Notes under the pieces: generated by a model
What the model was told of the DNA's origin: nothing
The model's database searches: none
Seen by the model: the letters and a program-made list of their open reading frames with translations, nothing else
DNA from: Conidiobolus incongruus B7586
Taxonomy: Eukaryota
DNA: 47,509 nt
Reading direction: 5' to 3'
Assembly (NCBI GenBank): GCA_000697335.1
Contig: JNEM01009958.1
Span: 1-47,509 of the forward strand
In this document: one piece after another, positions 37,496 through 47,509 of the stretch
Position numbering within the stretch: position 1 is the first letter of the stretch
How the letters are laid out: every line of letters starts with the position of its first letter
Program-made: the position numbers and the translations under genes

Positions 37496-39721
37496 AATCT
37501 TGGGAGAGAATTTATTTTAGTTGGAGAAATTGAATAATTATGGGCCAATTTATACATGAAATATATTTTGGCAATTGTTTAATTTTAATTGGTTTAAAAT
37601 GGCGATTTTGAAAATTAATAACTTCATTTAATAATAAATAGCATATATTAGTTGTTGGACGATAAAAATTATTATAACACCAGTGATGAGAGGTATTTTA
37701 ATAATGGTTATTTATTCAGTAATGATTTGAAATACCAGGAAGTTGGAAGTTCGAATGTCAGTACCAACTTTTAAAAATCAAATCACTGCTCAAAAATTCC
37801 AAAATTGAAAATTAAGCAAATATTGCTTGATAAAATTGTTAAATCTATGAATGTATTCAAATAATTAGGAATGTTCAAATTAATATATATATATATACCA
37901 AAAATTAATACAATATCTATAACAAAATTATTTTTTTTGAATAATTATAAAAAGCTACTATATCATTACCAATTTCCTATTGTTTTGAATATGTTATTCA
38001 GTTTTGAATTGGATAAATTCTATAAATGAATACCAATTGGTCTGATTAAGTTGTATTTTTTGAATAATATAACTCAACATTGGTATGGAAGGTAATTTTA
38101 TTGATACCCAATATATATATTGATGCTATTACTCTATTCTATCAACGAATATTAGCATAATTCTTAAAGTTTGAATTTTATTTAATCAAATTTCATTCAA
38201 ATTCCAAATTGGACAAAATTCCACCTCATATTAATTGAAAGGAAAATTATGTGAATTTTACTATTTCAAATATTTCAATTTTTTTATTTTTGTTCAAATC
38301 TATAATTGTCATTGTTATCTTATAATCATCCCACTTTTTTGTTGAAAATGAGTTTATATGTTATTACTTAATTTGGAAAATGTTTCGTAAAATCGTACAG
38401 CTCAAAATATATTTTAAAATAATGATAGTTTATAATATAGAAATCAATTATTGATATTATAATAAACTTACTGATTCAACCAACCATTTCAATCATACAA
38501 ATTAAATATAAAAATAATAAAAATATATTTCAATTTTACCAATATCAACAATGAATATATCCTAATTAATTACCACTAGAATGGCGAGATCACCAAATTC
38601 AGGTTGGAATTGTTTTTAGTGCTTCAAAATGGTACCTAAAATAATGTAAACTGAAACAAGTTTAAAACTTGAATCATTTATATTGAAATTATTGTTTCTT
38701 AATCTTTTGTTACGAATTGATTGGATCTTCCCTTTTTTATCCATTAGCTTAACTCGATAATTGATAGTATCAGTTATTGGTAGTAATATCGAAATATGGT
38801 GGTGGTGTAATGGTTAGTTATTGTATAGCCATTATAGATATTGATAGAATAATTTATATATTTTGAATAGAGTTTAATCGGAAATATATATTTTCAGATC
38901 GTAAACTATATCTGATCTAAATGAATAATACTGAATTTTAATGATACACTCAATCATAATATTGATCTAGTTTGAAATAATTTTAGATTTGAACTATAAT
39001 AAAAGATAAGGTTACAAAATAACTATATTAATTGATTATCATTGAAGCTATGAAAGTAATATTATAGCATCAATGTATGTATTAAAGAGATGCTGATTAC
39101 ACTCTATAATCAAAATTATAGGAATTAAATTTGAGATCAATTGTTAAATTACTTTTGTATTCAAAAAGGATTTGGAATTTTTTGTTATTAATAATTTGAG
39201 TTTCAATTGATACACTGCAATTTTAAATTAATAATCAAAAATTTATAAAAATTTTATTTCAAAATATTACTACCATTTTGTAGAATAAATCATTCAAAAA
39301 TATTTATATTGAAATAATTGATATTTCGAAGCATATAAAATATATATTACAATATTTCAAATTTTTATATCATAGTAATATATTTGAGTTTAAAGTTACT
39401 ACCATCTTTTACTTAAACAATTATTAATTTTGAACCAAATTGACCAATTAAAGTCAACCTCAGTTCGAAATTACCTTTGGCCATGATTGGCTAATGAAAT
39501 CTAACCGAGACTAAGTAATCCAATTAAATTAATTTTTCCTATCAAGATTTTCATTGTTTTTGGGATTAGATCATGGTTTTATTTTAAAACTTGAAAAATT
39601 GGTCATTATATATATAAGAAAAATATGATGAAGATTTGGGGATGGATATAAATTATCATAATAGTTCCCAAAGCTGATAATTTTTGAAATTTTTTGTTGA
39701 TAACTTGTAATATATCTAAGG

Positions 39722-41834
39722 ATGCCTTGTGTTGACAACCGTCCAGAAGTGATTAAATCTGGTTACGTCGAAATTAAGCAATCCGGATTTAAAAATCGGA
39801 AATCAAAAGTGAGATATTTAGTGCTTGAAAATGATAATTTATATGTATTAAAAAATAACAACAGAGTAATTCCATTATATAAACCACCGTATAATATCAT
39901 ATTAATTCAATTCCATTAATAGGATAAAAGTGATTACAAAATGAAAATTAATTTAAAAGATATTCAAGATGTTGCTAGATGTGAGAATCAAATGTATTGC
40001 TTTAAAATTATTTTGAAAAATTATTTCTTGACTTTGAATTTTAATAACGATGAAGAGCTGTTCAATTGGATGGATAGTATTTATGAAGTATTTTATATTT
40101 ATCATTGTCTTATTCAGAATCTTATCAATGCTGATTGTTTTAGTTATCTCCATTATCCACTGCATCACAGCCAACTAACTTCACCCATAATACTCACGTT
40201 ACCTTTGATATGGAATCGAAATCTTTTCAAGTATGCATTGACTGAATAATCATCAATAAAATTATTAGTTAATATTATGTAGGGATTACCCGACGAATGG
40301 AATCAAATATTGCAATCATCATCTATAACTAAGGAAGAATATTCTGCCAATCCTCAAGCCGTGATTGAAGCATTGGATTTCTTCACCAACCAAAGAAAAT
40401 TAGACGATGAGGAGACGGAAAAGAGTCCCATCGAATTGACGAGCACGCATTCCAGTGATATGACCATGGTCAATCATGACGATGATTTAGTTGAAAAGAT
40501 GGACAATGGAATGAACCTTAATAGCACCGAAAAGGTAATCGTATCAATATGGTTAATTGCTTTATATTAATCTAATTACCCTTAACAGAAGGATTTAATG
40601 GTCAATCAAAATATCACTTTAACCAAGTTAACCGATTCCAATTCTAAAAAGGGTAAAAAATCTAAAAACAATGATTTAACTACCGAGGAATTGATACTAG
40701 AACTTTGTAATTTATCATGAATTCATCTTTAATTAATATGTATTAATCCCTATTATAGCTAAACTTGTTAATAATTCACCTTTGGAATCTGTTTATTTGG
40801 CCCAAGATCAAATTGGACAAGGGTAATCAGAAAATCATATTATTTGAATTGAAGTCTAATTATGTGATAAAATAGAGCATGTGGTAAAGTATTCAAAGGA
40901 AAGGGGATTAAAAACGAGAAGGCAGTCGCAATGAAGAAAATTAAGCTGAGCCAACAGAAGAAAAAATTAATGATCCTGAATGAGGTTCAGACAATGAAAC
41001 AAGTTCAGCATCCAAATATAGTGAATTTCCTGGACTGTTTCCTGGAAAATCAAAATGACTTGTGGGTGATCATGGAATTGATGACTGGAGGCTCTCTGAC
41101 TGAAATTATTGAGAAGTGTGATTTATCCGAAGAGCATATGGCCAATATATGTTTCCAAGTAATCCTTTCCTATTATTAGTATTTATTATATTGTAATTAA
41201 TGATACTATTATTTAGATGTGTGAAGGATTATCGTTCCTCCATAGTAAACATATTATTCATCGAGATATCAAGAGTGATAATGTTCTATTAAATGATCAA
41301 GGAGTGACTAAAATCAGTAATAAATTTGAACCTTATTTTAGCTTGATTATTTATCAAATCATTTATTTAGCTGATTTTGGATTCTGTACTCTGGTAAGTA
41401 ATTCTTCCAAGAAAAGAGGTACTATGGTCGGTACACCTTATTGGATGGCTCCCGAAGTGGTTAAACAGAAGCATTATAACCAAAAAGTCGATATCTGGTC
41501 CTTGGGTATAATGATCATTGAAATGATTGAAAAGGAACCACCTTACCTGGATGAAGATCCCATAAAAGCACTATACTTGATTGCTACCAATGGAATGCCT
41601 ATTTTAAAACAACCTAGCAAAATATCTGATACTTTAAAACACTTTATGGGTCTTTGTCTTAGTGTAGATGTAGCTTATCGATCAACTGCTGATGAATTGA
41701 TACAGGTGACAAAATATTAGCTTTAATTATTATACACCATTTACTAAATATTCTTACAGCATCCGTTCCTCAAACAGAAATGCTCCGCAGAAGAAATGAA
41801 GAGACTAGTAAGACAAACTACGACTTTAAGCTAG
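39722..41834 (+). CDS. Cla4-like p21-activated kinase (PH-CRIB-kinase); exons 39722-39865, 39923-40087, 40144-40230, 40283-40534, 40589-40706, 40759-40822, 40876-41158, 41217-41316, 41371-41705, 41760-41834
   Basis: PH ([22 protein letters not shown]), CRIB ([23 protein letters not shown]), kinase ([67 protein letters not shown]); nine phase-consistent introns. Confidence 0.92.
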
Positions 41835-42809
41835 TATGCGTTTTTTCATTTTCATAATGAAATTAAAAAACTAGGATCATCGAATTAAGCATATACCATA
41901 TTAAATTAGTATTAATTCAATAAAGAACTAACATGGCTATTAATTCTGGTTAAATAAACTTCTCTTTAGTTCAAATATAGAAAAATTTCAATGACAACTT
42001 TTTTAATAAGATCTATTTTGGAAAACTTTTATTTGATAAGATATTTAAAACCACATTTATCTTTTAATTTTATATTAATGAGAAATTTGGCAAAATTTGA
42101 ATCACAATAATTTCAAATTATTTTGCAATATAAATTTCAATCACAAATGAACAAATTTATTAAGCAAATTAAATTCCAATCAAGTACATGCCCATACATA
42201 TATATATATATATATATATCATTAATTATTATGAATGAAATATATAAAAACTATTTTCAAGAATATGCGAATATTATCACTGAATAAATTGTGACAGAAT
42301 GCAGTTAATTTTATACATATGATTAATAAATGATGATTTTTATTATAATAAATTCACGCATTAAATCATTTATTGATATGATGTCAAAATTGTTCAGTTT
42401 TAAGACTGTAGGTTTTATATTTTGATAAGTCAATATTGGAATTAATTCTTAAACTTTAAACAAGACTATTACATATTCTTCACCATAGAATTCTCAATTC
42501 TACTAATATATATGTAAATCAATAATTGAATTATGCTACATTACTTGATTAACAATGTATTGTCTAAATATTGATAAAAAATCAATTATTTAAAGCTGAA
42601 TCGATTTGTGAATCATTTCATTGAATCATATATGACATATATTTTTTAATCCTCAAGATATCTATCATTCTTACAAATGATATAAAAATATATCAAAATA
42701 TAATATGTATAAAACTTAATTATTACATCACCATTATTATATAATTGATACAAATTGGTTAGTCAATTATGATTTAATGCTTCAAGAAAGAGAATAGCCC
42801 TTTAATCAT

Positions 42810-44534
42810 TTATTGAAAATCTCTACCCGACCTAGTGTGAGGAGCATGACTTGAATCAGAGGCCAGATGATGGTTACCAACAATATGAGGTTGAGAAAAG
42901 GAGGAGTTCATTGAATTGTTCATATATATTGATTGATTACTCCCTAATACCCCTTGTTGAAACTGGGATTGAGGAAGATTCGGCGGGAAATGGGAATTGT
43001 GGAGTGCTTGCTGTTGCTTTAACAATTGCATTTGAAGCTGGTATTCTTGAGGGGTTATCACTTGATTCGTTAAGTAATTAGAACTACCACTGCCACCATG
43101 ATGACCTACTCCTCCCGAAATTCCTGCGCCATTGACAAATTGACTGGACTGAAGGCCAGAATACTGATATTGAGATTGGTGGTAATTTGACCTATCTAAA
43201 ACATACTCGGGTAACACTGTGAAGGTTTCTGTTCTAGTTTTCCATATTTTAATATCAAATATGAGACAGTCGGTGAGCTCAAAACCATTTCCCCTGGGAA
43301 TAGGGTCGGTTTCAGCATCAGGTAAAAACCATAATTTGAAAGGAATATAATATTTCCAATTTCGAATTAATAAATGTTGGGCTGCTAGTTCTTGAAGATT
43401 ATCTTGGGGAATGTTGTAAAATATATAAAAAAGGGTAGCATCAGAAAATAGAGGAATTTTTACAGCAGGAGAAGTGATGTTAACCATTTTATAGCATTCT
43501 GGAAGCGTGAAAGGCGGATCAATAGGAGGGTTTGGTGGAGGAGGTGCATTTTCCGTCCAAGGAGAGGTGAAGTTTTGATGCAAGCTAAAATATGAAATTA
43601 AACAATGATATATATATATATATATATATATATGGATAGAAAATTTGAATTACTTGCGAGACTCGGTATCTAAATCAAGCTTCTTTAAATCAACCCCTAA
43701 GGCTAATAAATTTACTATAGGATCTTCTTTTTTCACCACAGAGCTAAGATAATCTAAGCCATAGTAAGAAAAATCTTGATCCTGGTTTTCTTCTTGCTTT
43801 CGAAGACCGGCAGAAGCTTTGAGGGCATAGCTCGTCTAGGAAAATAAAATTAGATAAAACATAAAAGTTTTTGCAATATAGGTAAACCTGTTCAGCTTCT
43901 GATGATACTGAACCATTAGATTTAGAATGTACTAAAAACAATATAAATTATAATTCAGGAAAATACTAGGATTTGGTTAATTTTACTTGTATTTTTATTT
44001 TCAGAAGATTTTGAACCTATATAAAAAATATATTTAGTAAAATTATAGAATTGAAAAGTCATTATTAATACCTAAATCTTGAGAGTTAGGAACTGGCGAA
44101 CGTGTATTAGCCTGGTTATTGCTGGAGGGTTGAAGAGGAAAATTATCTTTATGAGAATCGCTTTGAAAATGAGAATTATTCACTCCGTTACCACCTAGAG
44201 AAGGAAAATCTGAAAGATTTAAACCTTCACTAGGATTTGAAGAACCCATGTTTTTAAATAGGTTGGCTCCTACCCAATTAGCTTTGAAAAAATCAATGAG
44301 TGAAACAATGGAAGAAAAGGGAGAATTTACTTGATCGAGATGCCATTTTAGATTGTGGTCCTTGAGCAGTATTTTTAAATATTAGATTAGAAGATAATAA
44401 AGACTCAGTTCCTGAAGTTACGCCAGCTTAAAATTATTAACTTGACTTTAATATTTTCACAATATTTTTCATTTCATAATACCTGTAGTTTGAAAACGAT
44501 TTCCACCGTTTGACTTTAAATTATTATTAGGCAT
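42810..44534 (-). CDS. NOT2: CCR4-NOT complex subunit NOT2 (7 exons; last two 43835-43654 and 43584-42810)
   Basis: LSDFPSLG, YGLDYL..LALGVDLKKL, FTSPW, FTLPECY, FSDATLFYIFY..P.D..QELAA..L..RNWKY (NOT box). Upstream small exons reconstructed to an ATG at 44534 (less certain). Confidence 0.88.
43608..43633. repeat. (AT)n microsatellite in the last NOT2 intron
   Basis: About 13 AT units; similar tracts at ~15647-15664 and ~42198-42219. Confidence 0.85.
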
Positions 44535-44747
44535 TAAATATCAGTTAAACTAATATTTTGTCGACTAAAATATCCTACTTTCGTTTTAAATCTATAAAAA
44601 TCTATTTCAACAGTAATTAATTAATATTTTGCTGTTAATAAAAGTAATTATATTTTATATATCTTTACTTTTATAAATTTCAAAATTTAATGAAAAAGAA
44701 TTAAAAGTCAAGAAAGTTGCTCAATAAACCATTAATCTTGTTAATCA

Positions 44748-44759
44748 AATCACGTGATT
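44748..44759. promoter_or_regulatory. Palindromic E-box AATCACGTGATT ~215 bp upstream of NOT2
   Basis: 12-bp perfect palindrome with TCACGTGA core (Cbf1/USF/CLEAR type). Confidence 0.5.
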
Positions 44760-45855
44760 ATTTCTTCAATATATGACGAATTTAAATATTTTTCCCATAA
44801 ATCATTTGACAGTGAATTTTAATCTAAACAATTAATTTCAATGGATCATTTTGAGAAAAAGAAATAAAAAATTTATTGAATACCAATACATAATAAGCAC
44901 CTAGACAACTAAAAGCAACAAATACTAACATAAAAAGAAACCCAAAAGTACTGACCCATTAACAACATAAATCTGACGGTTCAAAAGTTATATGCCAATA
45001 TTATATTAGGTATTGATATTATTGCCTTTAGAAGAACTAATGTAAACTTTATTATTGTTGATATATCAAGCCTATACTTTTCTGATAGTAAATTAGATCG
45101 ACCAATCAAACAAACCAATCAATTTCAAGCCAAAGTTTAATTATTATTATTATTATTAAGTCAAAAATATATAAAATTTAAAACTACTAATAATGCTTTT
45201 AAACTTGGTAAAAAATTATTAAAGATTTAAATTCTTAAGAAATATCATTCTGCCTTACTTGAAGATTATAAAGTCAATAAAATTAAATTCGCTTTTAAAT
45301 AATCATTTTATCTTATATTATTTTTAAATAGAACTTCATTATATTATTTACCCAACAATAATTTAAATAAAAAAATTTAATAATAAAAAGAATTAGGATT
45401 AATATTTTTAAATTAATAAATAATAATCTTAATTTAAGATTATTTAATTTAGCTTATCATTCTTAATATTAATTTAAATAATACAATTTTAAAAATTATT
45501 TCCAATAGCTATATTAATAATTACCTTAATATTATCCAAAATCAAATTATATTATAAGATTAAATAATAATAAATAAAATTGCCAGCTATTTTAAAAAAA
45601 TATATTAAATATTGATAAATTAACTATTCAGAGCTAATACAAAAAATTTATCTAAAATATAATAGAATTATTTTTAAAAAGCTTAAATAAAAATAAAACA
45701 AAATCATTAAAGACTATAAAATAATAAACTTTAACTGGAATAAATAAGTTTTAAATAAATTTTTTTTTAAAACAAATACTATACACTATAGAGTTTTATA
45801 TTGAAAAATATATTGAAATTTATCAAACTTATATTACTTTTTTAAAATATATATA

Positions 45856-47428
45856 CACTAGCCCACAAAAGTGAGTCATAAAATAAAAATCACTTATATA
45901 TTTACCTGTAACTTAAACAATTCTTAACTAAATTAATTTAAATTAAAGTATATAATTAAGGTATATTACCTGATTATAATTGGTTATATTTAATTATATT
46001 TAATATATTATTTGTTAATATATCAAATCTTAAATTTTAAATAGGGTGAGTCATAAATTTGCAAGTTTAAGAGTTAAAAGGGTATATAAAACAAACATTA
46101 CTTAAATCTTTTTTTTATTAAATTATATATATATACTAATATTATTATTGTAAATTATTATTTTAAATAATATTAGTATTAAAATACTTAAATCCCTCTC
46201 TAAAAAAATTCACTTGTATATTAATTAACTTTATAATGAAGATAAATCAATTTATAAGATTATTAGAATTATTAGTGCTAGCTAGTTTATTATAGCTAGG
46301 GTTGTTAAAAATTATAGTAAAGATATATTTAAACCTAAACTTAAGTGTGCTAGGATTATAAATAAATATGATGAAAAGTATATTTATAGGTTAGTTAATA
46401 TAGGTAAATATAATATTGCTATAGAAATATAAAAAGAATTATAAGACTATATAAGAATATTAATTAGTATTAATACTATTATATATACTTTACATTGTAA
46501 TAGATACTACTTACACTTTAAAAAAATACCCCTAACTAAAGAAGTCCTACTATAAAACCAGGTAGGAGTTTAAATATCACCACTAAAGTTAAACTAAAAC
46601 TAATTAAAGTAAGGTTATTTAGTTTAATAAAATAAAAATATATTTTAATAAATCTAATAGAAAAGCTAGATGTTTTAGAAAAGATAAAAAACTACTTTGT
46701 GACTATTATATTATTTCAACCCAAAAATATAATGATGGGTCAATTATAATTTAAAGATATATATTATCTTCTAGTGTAAGGTATCTTTGTAAAATTGATA
46801 AGGGAATTAATGTTAAGATATATTAAAATATTTTAAATAATAAATTAAAAAAAACTATTGAATAGTATAGGTTAAATAAACCAGATGTTATTTTCCAATA
46901 AGATAATACCTTTTGTTATACTATTATTTCTATTACCAAATAGTTTTAAAATAATAAAATAATAGTTATAAAGTAGCTTCTTTAATCCTTTAACCTTAAT
47001 CTAATTAAACACCTTTGGGATCAGTTAAAAAAAATAGTTAAAGCATTCCCATTAGCAAAAAATTTAAATAAGCTTTAAGAATATATTTAAGAAGCTTAGA
47101 ACAAAATTAATCCTTCTTAATATAAAAAGTTAATTGACTCTATACCTTATAAACTTAAAGAAATTAGGAAAGTAAAAGGTAGATATACTAAATTTTAATT
47201 TTCTTTCTATAACCAAAATATATAAATTTATAACTTATCTTAAGTAAAATTTAAATTTTAATATATCAATTAAAAGTTAATATAATTAGATCAAATATAC
47301 TTAATTATAAATAAATAATATAAGTTTATTATATGTTTTAATTTAAATTAATTTGATTAAGAATTAATAAAGTTATTGATAATAATATATATAATTATAA
47401 TTTTATGACTCATTTTTATAGGCTAATA
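45856..47428 (+). mobile_element. Degenerate full-length Tc1/mariner DNA transposon (1573 bp), TA-flanked, 29-bp TIRs
   Basis: Left TIR CACTAGCCCACAAAAGTGAGTCATAAAAT (45856-45884); right TIR 47400-47428 matches at 24/29. Transposase relics: VI*FNKIK (VIWSDETK), DGSIII*RYI (GGSIMVWGCI), VIFQ*DNT.CYT (FQQDNAPCHT), *LL*SFNLNLIKHLWDQLK (WPPQSPDLNPIEHLW..LK). Confidence 0.9.
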
Positions 47429-47509
47429 TATATATATAAATTAAAAAAGAATTATATATTATTTTATAATATAAATAATTAAAATATTTTGTAATTAAAA
47501 ATAAATAAA

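Noticed and set aside
37273..37557. 94-aa ORF crossing the right boundary of the insertion
   Set aside because: Different frame from the 381-aa ORF, no motif, and composed partly of flank and partly of insert; probably incidental.
37680..37775. tRNA- or snoRNA-like segment (GTGATGA, GTTCGAAT, AAGTTGG...CCAACTT stem, T-run)
   Set aside because: No cloverleaf, no paired T-arm and no CTGA box D. tRNAscan-SE/Infernal would settle it.

Overview
AT-rich, intron-containing fungal nuclear DNA. GDP-fucose synthase, a GLTSCR1-domain gene and short GT-AG introns suggest an early-diverging (non-Dikarya) fungus, possibly Entomophthoromycotina (inference only). I reconstructed 11 apparently intact host genes by hand: a MAST/IRE/Rim15-family kinase, an MFSD10-like transporter, a GLTSCR1-domain protein, a MiT/TFE/Rtg3-like bHLH factor, a secreted DPBB/expansin-like protein, RPE1, secreted DPP5, GDP-L-fucose synthase, a TM-RING-H2 ligase, a Cla4-like PAK and NOT2. 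Three things stand out. (1) A 1125-bp intronless insert (36358-37482) is flanked by an exact 13-bp direct repeat TTGGATTGAAATC. It sits 20 bp upstream of the start codon of an ITFG1/TIP (LINKIN) gene and carries an intact 381-aa repeat protein ORF that borrows its stop codon from host sequence. (2) That ITFG1 gene has three in-frame stops and a frameshift but intact splice sites. (3) A full-length Tc1/mariner element (45856-47428) has been destroyed by C>T/G>A transitions in a RIP-like pattern. All family assignments are from motif recognition; no database search was run.
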